A stretch of 63,166 nucleotides of DNA, counting the filler, from Rhabdomonas costata (taxonomy: Eukaryota), in assembly GCA_019059605.1 (NCBI GenBank). It is 39 parts of 39 records of this genome, joined end to end, with 100 filler letters (N's around TTAATTAATTAA, not from the genome) between each part and the next. Parts side by side here need not be neighbours in the genome. Positions count along the whole stretch, not along the records: positions 24,333 to 25,855 come from JAHMHO010013877.1; positions 25,956 to 27,478 come from JAHMHO010013878.1; positions 27,579 to 29,100 come from JAHMHO010013879.1; positions 29,201 to 30,721 come from JAHMHO010013880.1; positions 30,822 to 32,343 come from JAHMHO010013881.1; positions 32,444 to 33,973 come from JAHMHO010013882.1; positions 34,074 to 35,595 come from JAHMHO010013883.1; positions 35,696 to 37,217 come from JAHMHO010013884.1; 31 more parts are not named here. One strand, given 5' to 3'. A program made the position numbers and the translations under genes. This document shows, in pieces, positions 24,703-36,971 of this stretch (position 1 is its first letter; every line of letters begins with the position of its first letter). The notes under the pieces were generated by a model. It was given only the letters and a program-made list of their open reading frames with translations, was not told the DNA's origin and made no database searches.

Positions 24703-25841
24703 GTGCAGCTTGCCCTGGACGCCGCGATGAAGGGCAAGACCTGCTTCTCGATCACTCACCGGCTCTCCACTGTGCGGAACGCAACCAGCCTGGTGGTGAT
24801 CAAGGCCGGGGTTTGCGCAGAGAAGGGTCGCTCTGTGCCCCTGCCTTTCTGTCGTTCTGCGAGGAGGAGGGATTCCCATTTGAATTTTGACCCACCACCA
24901 TAGGTGACGAGGTTACATCCGACTTGAGGAGAGCAGCACCTGAAGATTAGGAGACCGGCCTTTTGTGAGTGAGGCTATAAACAAGTTTTCGTGCTGGACT
25001 CCAGCTACATACCCAGTGCACAATCCCAAATGGAAAGGTTCAAACAAAAGACCAACCCAGCCGTTTTCGGCAGCCTACGAAGCGCTCTTTCAACTCTCGC
25101 CCCCTTGTGGGCATCTGTCATAGCTGGCGGGATATTCTCTGTTGACGTGGTAGGCACGCATGACGCTCTGATGGAGCTGAATGGCGTCTATGCGGGACTT
25201 GTTGGAGCTTCCGGGGGTGGCCATGGAGCCACGCCCACCACGCCCAAGAGCGGTGCTTCCACAGCCGATGGCGGGGTATGTCTCGATTTACTCTCTTCCT
25301 TCAGCTGAATCTGTTAGTTTTGCTTCAAGGGAGCTATTGTTGATTCTACTTTGCGCTGCAATGGTCTGCCATTCCTCCGACCCTCCTGGGCCTGGGGTTC
25401 AAGGGTTCTGATGTGGACATTGGAACGTGGGTGGAGGAAGCATGCCCTCATTTCGGCATATCGCGAGCAAACAAGCTGCCAGCGGTGTCAGCTGCAGACA
25501 CTTCAACTCTCAATGTGGGGACACTTTGTGGGGACCTTCTTGAACTCGGAAAGGCCTGTTTGTAGAGGGAGGGTGCGCCTCAACCCCAACGCTGATGAGA
25601 AATAGCGTGTGGCCGCGCAGCACACGTGCCTTGTTCTTTCGCTGGGTCTTTTCCTCCTGTTCGCGCAGAAAAATGAAGCACGGAGCAACGTCATCCCTCC
25701 ATTGTTCCCTGCTCAGGAGCCAGGCATTCCGGAGAACCTCCCGCACACCGTGGACGCATCCGTCCTGGTCAGCTACAGCCGCGAGTTCCAGGGCCTGTGC
25801 CGTAAGCTAGAGGACCTGAAGATTCACAACAACACTCTGGA
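24703..25841 (+). CDS. ABC transporter subfamily B (MDR-like), end of nucleotide-binding domain and following exons
   Basis: Exon 24703-24826 VQLALDAAMKGKTCFSITHRLSTVRNA..EKG (H-loop); 25154-25275 THDALMELNGVYAGLV; 25717-25841. Confidence 0.88.
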
Positions 25842-26615
25842 GTACCCCCCCCCACNNNNNNNNNNNNNNNNNNNNNNNNNNNNNNNNNNNNNNNNNNNNT
25901 TAATTAATTAANNNNNNNNNNNNNNNNNNNNNNNNNNNNNNNNNNNNNNNNNNNNCGTTCTATCCCGCGTTGGTTCGGTGCCATGCGGACCCATTGGTAT
26001 TGGTCACATCTTTATGCTATGTTTTCATTCCCTCTCACATCACAAACACGCACTCTCTAGACGTCATGCTTTTTGAAGCTGTTTGTTTGTGCTTTTTCTC
26101 GACTGAGGAAAGAAGAACGACGCCACAAGTACACGTTCTCTCTCTCTTAAGCCTCTGCCTTTTACGGCATAGGCTGGATTATGGATTAGGTTTTTCATTT
26201 GTATGGATTTGATGAGCTGTGGCAGAAGGCCCCATCGATTAGACACGAGTCTGTCTGGGGGTTCTCATGTGTACGCTTACACACTTCCGCCAGGCAAGTG
26301 GAACACAAAAGCATTTAAAAGAAGCTCCCGCTTCAGCGGTGATCCGGGCGCCGGTCCACCTCTCCAGCATTAAAGGAAGAAGGATCGGACAACGCAGGCA
26401 TTCAGCGGGTGAAACCGCAAATAAGAGCCTGCAACACACCAGAAAGCGCAAAGAGAGAGAGAGAGAGAGGAGAGAAAAAGAAAAAAACCTCGCGGGAACT
26501 CACCACCATCCCGAGCGAGGCAAGGTGGGTGTAAAGCATTTCTTACGCGGCAACACCGTGCCCCGTGAAAGACGAATCACCCCCACCCGCCCGCGGCTGT
26601 TCTCTGCGCTAGACA

Positions 26616-27478
26616 TCAGCCAGAGCGTAGGGCACACGCACACCTTCCGCCAGGGGTTTTCCAGTGGCTTACGCTGGATGCCCTCTGTTGCCTTTTGTTG
26701 GGGAAGGGGGGATGCAGCTTTTTTTTTGCGAGTGCTGTTTTGCGTTCTTTTTCTATCTCAGTGACTCTTTGCTCTTCACTAGGATGAGTTATCTCTGCCG
26801 TCTTTGGATCCTCGAGACCTTTCGCCTGTATAGCCGTGACTGGGTGGCAAGGATGGTAGGTGTGTTTGACGAAGCTCGCAGCCCAGCCACACCTTCGATT
26901 TGCTTCGACGAGAAGTTTTTGGGAGGTGACCCTATCCTTCGTGCAGATGTGGTGGTGGTACACGCATCTGGGTCTGCAAGTGCACCCAAGGGGTTGTGTG
27001 TTGGCTCGAGGGTTCTGGGCAAGCTGGAAGACTTTAGAGTTGGAAGATTTCGGCTTTGAAGAGCCTTTCTTTTTCTGTGATGGTTGCTCTTTCGTACGCG
27101 AGCCGGAACAAAGATCGTCGATAAGGACGTCGTCAGTAGCAACGAAACCTGCACTTTCTCACGAAACCCCAGTTAGCTCCATACCCAAGGAAACGTTGTC
27201 AAGAACGACACTTCCGACTCTTGGGGAGAGATGGGGAGGGACCAGAAGATCACGATGCCAGAGCGCGGGAACGGAAGCCGAGATTGCGAATGAGTGATGA
27301 AAGAAGGTGTAAAACGGTGTGTATGCAGGAGACGAGAACTGTGGAATGAGGTATGGTCTGGAATAAGCGTCGGCAGGATTCAAGGAGGAGGGTACCCGGA
27401 CCAATTGAAACTGTATGTGCGTAGACAGGCAGAGGCGAATAATTCGACGGAGAATGCGAGCGCGGTTGGGATTGGATG
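26616..27478 (-). mobile_element. DIRS-order (tyrosine-recombinase) retroelement fragment: RNase H C-terminus plus downstream Cys/His-rich frame
   Basis: 27476-27354 reads SNPNRARILRRIIRLCLSTHIQFQLVRVPSSLNPADAYSRP, the PS..NPAD..SR ending typical of DIRS/Ngaro/VIPER-type RNase H. RT and YR are not in the contig. Confidence 0.65.
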
Positions 27479-27578
27479 NNNNNNNNNNNNNNNNNNNNNN
27501 NNNNNNNNNNNNNNNNNNNNNNTTAATTAATTAANNNNNNNNNNNNNNNNNNNNNNNNNNNNNNNNNNNNNNNNNNNN

Positions 27579-29100
27579 TGTGGGTTGTGTGACTTGGAGC
27601 ACCGGGGCAGCTGCGCAGAACGTGTCCTTGCGAGTCACACTGTGTGCCACCGCATGCAACCCGACTGCGGGAAGCGGCATTTCCTTGTACGGCGCGGACT
27701 TTACCCTGGCGGACACACCTTCCACTCAGTCGGTAATTCATACAATGGGGCGCCCGTCACTCCACTTCGCGGAGTATCAGCCCCTTGAGCCACTGACTTT
27801 GGATGTTCTGCACGTCCCCAGAGGCGCGTCCAGACGGCAACGGCGGTATCGTATCCAGAGCACTTCTGACCTAGTTGCGGACTACATCACGTACCCGTCA
27901 TCTTGGTCAAACAGCAGCAACTCTTCGAAACCGTGCGAAAAGTACACGTGCACCTTCCTCAAGCAACTGACCGCGCTGGGTCCTAACGGCGTCCCAACGA
28001 CTCTTGTGAACCAGACCTTTATCTACCGAGTCTATCGGTGGGCGGACCCCCAGTTCAGCATCATTGTGGTGCAAGTGCAGTCCTCTCTTTGGGACCCCAG
28101 CAACCCCAGCTCGAGCGCTTTGCGTGCTCTGTTTTTGCCCACTACTGCTACCGTGGTCACGGCTTTTACAACCTATGTCACTCAGTCTATGCCACCAAGA
28201 AATGGGCAGCAGTACCAAACCGGGCTGGGCTTCATCGCGGTCAACAACGTTGCTCCTTCTGTTATTTACAAGTTCAGGCTCTACGACATGACTTTGGCTG
28301 GAAGTCAAACCTTGCAGATGTCATTCGGAGTTGCTGAGATTGTGAGCGCCTTCCAGATTGACTATCCCAGGCGGATCTTATTTGGTTTCCTGACGGGTTC
28401 CATTCCCAAAGTTATTCAGCTGGTGATGTACTCTGTTATATCGGTTGGGCCCCAGTACGCCGATATGCGAGGGCAGGTGACTATCACCGTCACTGGAGAG
28501 AACTTCATCGATCCCAACGGCACGTATACCTTTCCTGTTATCCCTCGCTGCAAAATCGGCTCCACAAACGGCACAGCCCAGTACCTGAGCTCCACGCAAA
28601 TGCTGTGCACCACAAAGTTCATGGAGCCTTCGGACGGCTGCAACGGAGACTCCCTGGAAGTTTCCTTCTTTGACCCCCCAATGTGGACCGCGGATAGTGT
28701 TGGTGTGGTTGTGGTCCCTCCGGTTCAGATCATCGGGGTCTCCCCACGTGTGGCCAAGCTCACGTATCCCTGGCCGATTAGCATCACGGGCTATGGGTTC
28801 GCCAACTCCACCAAGCTAAGCTGCGTGTTCACGTCGGCGTTCCGAAGCAACGGCTCCGCTTACAAGGTAAGTGCAACGTTCGTCGACTCCAGAAATGTGA
28901 CTTGCATGTCGCCTTTCCTCTCGGAGCCGTCGATGCTGGCAGATGCCCCAAACACCGTCGAGATCTCCTTGGATGGCCAGTTATGGTCTTCCAATGCCAA
29001 CACTGAGTTCCAGATCATTGGCAAGGCCACAACCATCGACGCGTATTTCAGCCGAGGGGGTACTGCGTACCCCACCGCGCGCTACGCCGCGGGTGCGAGA
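27579..29100 (+). CDS. Large extracellular-type protein with IPT/TIG domains (partial, single long exon)
   Basis: Frame is open across the whole contig. Two IPT-like units (VISVGP..GQVTITVTGENF..CKIG..YLSSTQMLCTT..LEVS; IIGVSP..ISITGYGF..CVF..FVDSRNVTCMSP..VEISLDG) and many N-x-S/T sequons. Confidence 0.85.
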
Positions 29101-29200
29101 NNNNNNNNNNNNNNNNNNNNNNNNNNNNNNNNNNNNNNNNNNNNTTAATTAATTAANNNNNNNNNNNNNNNNNNNNNNNNNNNNNNNNNNNNNNNNNNNN

Positions 29201-29309
29201 AAACCACTGCAGCAGTCCGACTGCACACAGGTCGCCGAGGCGCACACCACCGTCGAGCCCTTCGAGGTGTAGCCCGAGGGGCAGGTGTAGGCTCCACAGG
29301 TCGGGTTTG
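29201..29309 (-). CDS. Exon with Cys-rich module
   Basis: ANPTCGAYTCPSGYTSKGSTVVCASATCVQSDCCS (C-x4-C..C-x4-C-x4-CC) after an AAG acceptor. Confidence 0.55.
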
Positions 29310-30863
29310 CTTTTGGGTGGTTATGATGAAAAGCCAGCTCGGAAAAGAAAAAGAAATAAAAGAGAGAGAGAGAGAGAGAGAGAGCTGCTGAGGGTAGCAG
29401 TCGACCTCCTGGTTCTTCCGCCTCGGCGTTTTCGCCTTGCAGGGCCAGCACCACAGGGAAGACCGTAAGGCCCCTCGCGCCCAACGCACCACAGGCGAAC
29501 ACTGAAAAGCAAAGAATAATGCCATCATGCCATCATGCCATTAGGGACGGGGGGGGGGGCGTCAATTCGGCCACCCCATAGAACGTGTCAACCAATCCAC
29601 CCGCTCCGGCGTTGCGGACCGGCCGCACCGAAGACAAGCTTCTCACATTTGTCTGTCAAAGCCCAGGAAAGACAATTCCAAAACTCCGCAAAAGCCAAAA
29701 ACGCTTAGCAGTATTAAAGGTTACCACCCCTGCCCCCAAATACAATTGTTCCTGTTATCATGGCTAGAACTAACTGGCCTTGTGTGATGGTTTCCGCGTG
29801 TGTGTGTGTGTGTGTGCGTGCGTGTGTCAAGGTCACGCCACAACAGGCGCTCTGTGCGGGTCTGTCTCAAGAGGTCAGGGCTGCGCTGGACGTGGACAAC
29901 GCTTGCGCGGACTCCCTCTTCTTTCGTGGCAAAAAACTCTCACGAACCAGGGTGCACAATAATTCACCAACAGACCTGTTGTGGGCAAAGAAAAAACAAA
30001 GGCACTGCTGCAAGATTGCCATTTTGTTTCCAACGGCAGACACCATGCACGGCTCGGGCTCCACGGCCTCGGCATCCACTGCAGGCCTCAGGCAGCCCCA
30101 CAGCTCGGTCACCTCGGCCAGGTTGAGGCCCTCGCTCTGGGCAGCAACCTCGGACCAGGTTCTCCGGAGCACCACCGGTGCTGCCTCGCAGACATCCGCC
30201 TCGGTCACAGCCAGAAGCCCCGAAGCCCTTCAGGCGGGAGCAGAGAAGTTAGCGAAAGGAAAGTGAAGTTTTTTCTCAATCTCTCTTCGAGAAGTTTATA
30301 TTTTGTTGGACGCTCGTTTCTGGTGGCTGGTTCCTCTGTGGTCCTCCAGATTTCGCCCTCGGAGCAACTTGCTCCCCGTGAACTGCTTAATATTTCAATC
30401 CTGCTCTCTGGAAGGTTCCGATGCATTTTTGGGGATGGGGGATGTTAAACGATTCAACGACGTACAACGATATGGTTTAAAACTATGCTGGTTGGTATGT
30501 CTTGCTTTCGGGGAATGCAACACCTACAATTCTCCCAGTCCCTCCACGAAACGTTCCCGCCTCCGGCCTCGGCGGGCTCGCCTCGACGCTGGCCTTCGCC
30601 ACTAAAATAACTCTGGAATGATTGAAGGACTGGTAAATCGGCGGGTACCCATTACCGCATCTCACAACACTGATCAGCAATCACGCTGATGCCTCCCCAA
30701 CAGGAAAGGACAAAACCCACCNNNNNNNNNNNNNNNNNNNNNNNNNNNNNNNNNNNNNNNNNNNNTTAATTAATTAANNNNNNNNNNNNNNNNNNNNNNN
30801 NNNNNNNNNNNNNNNNNNNNNGTGGGGTTGTGTCGGGTAACTTGAGTTCTGCCTGTGCCGCAG

Positions 30864-31818
30864 ACATTCTCTCCGAGCCGGTTTCCATTTCTGAGAGCAT
30901 GCTCCCCATGCTGAAATATGGCCTGGAGTACTTCGCCGACGTATGCATCGAAAGCACCGGTATCAGCATCTGTGTGCGGATGCCGCTTGAGATGTCTGCA
31001 CTGAATATTTCCTCACCCTCATATATTATGTTTTTGTTTCTCATTTGTACCTTTATTCTCACTTTCTATGCACCTTTTCCCTCTTATGTGCTTGTCTTAT
31101 CTATTGGCACAATGCAGCGCTTAAGCATACGTGCTACTTTTCGCGGGTTCAGTTGCAGGCAAGACGGTGTACGCCCACAAGTGCATGCTGCAGACTCGGG
31201 CACCTCAGTTCTGGGCCTTCCTGCAGTCCACCAGCACAGCTGACGAGGCCGCCGACGAGGAGGTCGCGTCACCACCTCCACCACCGCCTCACCGTTAATC
31301 CATGATCGGCCCGGCTTTGTTTTTCAACAATTGGCCTCGTCCATTACCCTGTTATCCCATGCTAAACCTGGCGCTTCCTATTAGTTCGCCTGACTACCAC
31401 GTTGTATTGTTTTCGTGTTTCCGCAATCTGTTGCTGTTGCCAATGTGTAATTCTCCGCCTCTTCTTTTCAACAGTTTTCCATCTTTGCAAGTACAGCCCA
31501 GCATAATGTTGCCAGTAAGCTTTCGGCTCTTGCGTCCTAGCGCAGAGCAGGAGACACTTTTCGTATAGTTCTAACTGTCCCGTGCCTGTCCCATTGCTGC
31601 CTTCTCTGTTACTCCACACTCCTCATCCCACCCAGCGCCGGGAAGGGTGTCTTCATGCTTCATGCGTTCAGGAGGAGGTTGGGTCGATCCGGGTGATGTT
31701 TTGCTTCCTGAGCTTCTCTCCGGATGAGGTGCAGGCCACGGGGTTGCGCTCCTTCGCCGTGCTGGAGTGGCTGCTGCATTACTTGTACACAGCCCGCCTG
31801 CCCTTCGCCAAGCTTACG
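30864..31818 (+). CDS. BTB/POZ-domain protein, internal exons
   Basis: Exon 30864-30959 ends YFADVCIEST; the next exon gives GKTVYAHKCMLQTRAPQF; exon 31672-31818 has VLEWLLHYLYT. These are hallmark BTB segments in the right order. Confidence 0.8.
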
Positions 31819-32802
31819 GTGTGCGGTTCATTTTGTGCATTGGCATTGCTGATGCCTCGCCCCTCCCCCTAACTCCGCGGTGGTCTCTCGATGCGGCGTC
31901 AGTTCGCGAATACGCTTCTGAACAGGTGTAGGTGTGCGAATTTATGTGGTGCCGTTGGCTTGCGCTGTATTCCGCTCTGGTGAATAGAGCTCTGCGAGTG
32001 GAAATGAATGGAGGGACTGTTTCGAAGGAAGCTACGCGTTGCTTGGGGGCCATCTGGGTGCCATGTGGGTGATTTGGCATGAGGACCCGCTCGTGACTTG
32101 GCAAGAGCAAACACTGCGCTGCTGGCCCTCCGTGCGGTTGTGGCTTTCTTTCCACCCCGTGCAAGACACCAGATACCCGAGAGGTGGGCGGTAGTAATAA
32201 AGTCATGGAACCAGAGCAGGGGCACTTGCGTGAGCGATTGTCTTCGTGACGTGCATCGGCCTGTATACTCCTGCGAAAACCTCCTTAGCTCCCACTGATA
32301 AACCTTAGCGACTGTCGTCAGGGGGGGTAGCCCCCCCCCCAACNNNNNNNNNNNNNNNNNNNNNNNNNNNNNNNNNNNNNNNNNNNNTTAATTAATTAAN
32401 NNNNNNNNNNNNNNNNNNNNNNNNNNNNNNNNNNNNNNNNNNNTGTGTTTTGGAAATCAAAAATCCGCAAGAACCGCCAATCTGTGTTTGAAGGCGTGGA
32501 CTTCAGACCAGCACACTTGAAAACTTTAAAGGTTTCCTCTGTATGGACTTTTTCTCGTCTTCACAATCCTTTTTTTTTTGCAAATTATTCACGATTTTTT
32601 TCAGCTTTGTAAAAAAGGAGTCCGAGCATACACATACACAAGTCAAATATTGTTGAAAGCTGATGATTTTTTCTGCTCGTTAGCCACCCCATCTCAGAAA
32701 TTTGTATCACTGCTCCTCAATTCGCAACTGCGTACAACCTGCTGCCTCGCTGGGAACAAACGTTACGAACCCGCAAGCACTGGAAGCAGACTGCATCGTT
32801 AG

Positions 32803-32934
32803 GGATGGGGTGAAAAAGCGAGGAAGGCCACGAGTGGGGCCCATTACTGGGACAGCGCGCCCTCGGAGGGGCATGAGGAAGCGGACGAGGAAGGGGCGGA
32901 CGAGGAGGCAGAGGCCTTCCGGGGCCGCCGGAAG
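32803..32934 (+). CDS. Acidic exon, hypothetical protein
   Basis: TAG acceptor, GWGEKARK..HEEADEEGADEEAEAFRGRRK, GTGAGG donor. Confidence 0.4.
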
Positions 32935-33605
32935 GTGAGGCTAGCCAGCAACCCCCGCGCTCGGCCACTGCCTGACCTGAGCAGAAGCAGTGGCAGAGGG
33001 CTTCGACACGACGCCTCTGCCGTAACAGCGTGACAGTGTACCATCCAAACTCCGCCGCAACCAACGGCACGTGACGGACATTTTGCATTTTTGGACAGAA
33101 AATTCCAATGAATCGCGCGATTTTCTTTTTCGGCTTGTCGGTTACCGCGCAAAAACCGATTATAGAAGATAAAAAACATTGGTAATGACATTGGGTTTTT
33201 CGCTGCAACAGCTTCCCGCTGACGTTATGATATTCTTCGGCTTCCTACCGCCTCTTTTGCAAGAGACGGGAAGGAGCGGCCCCTTTCCCAGGTGCGGTAC
33301 GTCACCTAAGGATTGATTTCATCATAGAATACTATCTCAGCTGACGCCATCATACACTTCCACACATACACATCCTGCATTTCCACTTGTTTTTTTTACG
33401 AATGTGAAATTGTCAGGCCGCGGACATCCTGCAGGGGCGCGGGGGGGGCAAAGACACCAGCGCGGAAAAGAGGTCATGCGGCTTCCCTCCCGTATTCCCG
33501 TGTTCCGACTTCTTTGAGGCATGGTCTGTAGGAAGAGGCATTCGAGCAATGGTTCAAACTGGGAATGTCTGAACGGCGAACCGCAAGGGACCCGTCAATG
33601 CCACA

Positions 33606-33642
<37 letters not shown>

Positions 33643-33661
33643 CGGTGCCAGTGCAGCAGAC

Positions 33662-33897
33662 CTCTCCTTGGCGTAGGCCTGCAGGCCCTGCAGCAAAGGC
33701 TTCAAGTTGGTCCCCTCTGAGGGCTCCAAGGGCAGTGCTGAGACCCGCGACATTGCCGGCGCGAAATCCATCCCGCTGCCCACGGGCGCCAGCTGCTCCA
33801 CCAGCAGCTCAAACACCCCCAGGAGCTGCGCCATCGCCTCCGAGGCAGTGGGTGCCACGCACATCACCCCCAGGCAGCCCTTAAGCAGAGTGCTCAC
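33662..33897 (-). CDS. Helical exon, hypothetical protein
   Basis: CAG acceptor, VSTLLKGCLG..LLQGLQAYAKE, GT donor, GC-rich third codon positions. Confidence 0.5.
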
Positions 33898-34777
33898 CTG
33901 AGGGGAAGGGCCCCACCATATCAACTCATTCCCACCTGGGGTCTTCGAAATCTAAACAAAATCTTTTTCTTTTNNNNNNNNNNNNNNNNNNNNNNNNNNN
34001 NNNNNNNNNNNNNNNNNTTAATTAATTAANNNNNNNNNNNNNNNNNNNNNNNNNNNNNNNNNNNNNNNNNNNNTTTGTTTTGGAACAATATAGCATACTT
34101 CGGCAATAAGAACAGCAGAAGAAATGCAGCAGTAGCGGTGGTGGCCGCCATAATATCCGAAGTATGCTATATTGTTTCAAAAAAAAAAAGCACGCAGAGA
34201 AACGGCAAAAAAAAAGCGAGAAAAAAAATGAAACTGATGATGGCTGCGAAGAAAAGCAATGGTGAACACCAAACATCCCACACACCCGGGCGATGGGCTA
34301 GGCACACAACAGAACCAATCCAACCATCGATGCACAGCGGTACCCTTGGCCTATCTCACGAAAAGGCGACAGAAAACTCCGGGATATCTCACAAAATCAC
34401 GTCAACAAATCCCAAAATTCGGTCCTCTGCATAAACGAAGGCAGGGCTCAAAAGAAGCACACTGCAGGATGCCAAGAGTCCTCGGAGCAAAAGCGTTTTC
34501 CATTTGTCTGATTGTCCAGCCTTAAAGGTCAGCTCTTCGAAGGGCGAAATGTCTGTGTCAGGAAAACGTGACACCCTAACCCTCCCGATCTACCATCAGC
34601 AATGAAACATGTACAGACATCCGACAGACAGAAAGCTACTGTGGGGGGTTTTACATTCATATCATGCGAAAGGCATGCCCTGGTACAAGAGATAGCAGCC
34701 CTCTCCGCACACGCACACACACCCCTCTCCTGACCAAGCTCAGTCCAGACCCCACACATGGTACAGGATATTCTCAC

Positions 34778-35304
34778 GGGGAGCTGGGCAGCTCCGCGCA
34801 GTACCCCCACGTTGAGGACACGGAGGCGGCGGATACGGGGAACTGCGCCGTGGAATTTCCCCCGTTCCGGCAGCAGCCCTGCAAACGGCAACGCAACGAC
34901 AATGCAGCAGATGCTGTTCATTTTTTCACGCCTTCTCGGCAGAGCTGAGGGCGAAAGCCTCAGCTAGCACCAACGGCTCGCAATTACACCACAACGTAAC
35001 ATACAGCTGAACACGCCGAGCTGCCACAGAGAGGCAGCAAATCGCTGCACAGAAAGGAGATAGCGCAGAGCAACGGCTTTCGGAAGACGAGAGCGAAGCA
35101 TAGCAAAGCAAAGAACCTGCCGATACAGCGCCTGTGAGGTTCCTGCGACCAGGAGTTCCGCGGGGTAGCCCATCTGCAGCCCAAGCGGGGGGTTGCTGGT
35201 GCCCCCTCCGCTCAGGCGCCGGTAGAAGCACCCACACAGCCCGGACAGCCCCAGCCCCGGTGCCGCCACAAGGGCAGCACAGGTGGAGAACCCAAAGAAG
35301 GTCA
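34778..35304 (-). CDS. Two exons of hypothetical Cys-containing protein
   Basis: Exons 35304-35117 and 34878-34778 join in phase (..QALYRQ-GCCRNGGNST..WGYCAE). Confidence 0.4.
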
Positions 35305-36232
35305 CTGTAAAAGTAGCAAGGGCACGCAGCGGAAATGGCTTGAAAGGCACCCACCTTCCATAAGGAAAAATCGGAAACTAACTGAAGTTTACGACTACCA
35401 CTCAAAACAACGTAAACGTCAGACCAAATACCAAACTGAAATCATTGTTGGAGGTAGCAGGGAGGTTGTCATCCAATTTTCGTATTCTCATTTAATCTGA
35501 CCGTGCACGAGTGCTTGTGAATAATTACAGCTCAGTGAAGGTACACGCCAAAGAGCAGCACCCAAGCCCGAATTCCCGCGCAAAAGAGAAAAGGGNNNNN
35601 NNNNNNNNNNNNNNNNNNNNNNNNNNNNNNNNNNNNNNNTTAATTAATTAANNNNNNNNNNNNNNNNNNNNNNNNNNNNNNNNNNNNNNNNNNNNGGTGG
35701 GTGTGTGGAAAAGGTTACTGATTTGCACAAGAGAGACAACCACGTGCGGCAAGAAAAACCGCATCCACAATTCGCTCAGATATCAAAAAGAGCAACAAAA
35801 AAGACAGAGAGAGTGCGAGTAAAAATGCTTGTAATCGATGAATCTAAGCTCGTTCTGCGGGTGCAGGATGTGAGATGGAATGCATGAGGTGCGCGGTGAC
35901 CGGTGATGGGTGGGAGGGGGGAAAGAGCCTTGGGAGAGAGTGTTCCCACAAATTGCCCTGGTCACTTTGTGGTACACCCTTTGCCAGTGGTCTGACCGGA
36001 TTCATTTCCTTCTCCACGTCCTGGTCGCTTCTCTCCCGGAATCCAAGTGGACTCAATTCGGTGAAATCTCTGAATCGTTGACTGGGTGAGCCAGTCAGGA
36101 TCCTTCGACAGGGAGAGAGTGAAAGGAAAACAACTGAATGATCATTGCTCATTGATCATTGCTCATTGATCATTGCTGCAAAAGTCTTGCAGCCCTCAAC
36201 ACTACTAGCCCCCCCCCCCCGGGATGAAAGAC

Positions 36233-36971
36233 CTTAAGGTAGCCCTCGGCGCCCACGCTAACCAGGCAGTCGCTCATTGAGGTGACGTGGATCGCCAGCA
36301 CGGCCCCGCGGTGAGCGAGCGCGGCCTGGTCCTGAGGGCCCAGCTTCAGCCCAGGGTGCAGAGCTGGGTCCCCGAAGGTCTGGCGATGGGCGTGGGCCTG
36401 CAGGCTGTAGGAGTGCATCGCGCCGTTGGCAAGGCCTGCACAAGATGGTAGGGCAGTGTGCACGAAGTGTAGCTTGCTGCTGGCCCGTGTCTGTGCGAGT
36501 GTCAGTGGGTGGGCAGATTCACAGAATGCCCTTCCTGCCTTTGCAGTCGGCACTCAGAAGTGCAGAAGGTTTGAATGCACGACATCAGCAATGGTGCGGA
36601 TCGGCAGATGCAGCCCATGACACACAGAAGGATGCTTGAAGTACAACAACCCTTTTCACTGCAGTGAAAATATCCTTTCAACTCACGGGTGTCGAGTCCA
36701 CAAAATCCCGTTTTTTCCCGACGAGACCATTCTCGCGTACCACCTCCGCGAAAAAAGTGATTTGTTCTGACACATGACCCTGGAGGGAAAGAAGAAGCGA
36801 GGGAGGAACGAGCGAGGGGATGCACACCAATGAAGCCAAGATTGCCGCACCGAGAGATTGCCACCGCTGTTGTGGGAATGGTTCGGTTGCCAGCCCCGGA
36901 GATGGGCGGCTTGACTCTCCTCCGTTCCGCGCAGAACCTGTCCAGCCGCCACGGCTGCACCCACGGAACAC
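36233..36971 (-). CDS. WDR36: WDR36/Utp21 (SSU processome), internal exons
   Basis: Exons 36971-36828 and 36435-36233 give TAVAISRCGNLGFIG-LANGAMHSYSLQAHAHRQTFG..AHRGAVLAIHV..LVSVGAEGYLK, matching the conserved Utp21 CGNF..G..G.+..YN+QSG.HR segment. Confidence 0.85.
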
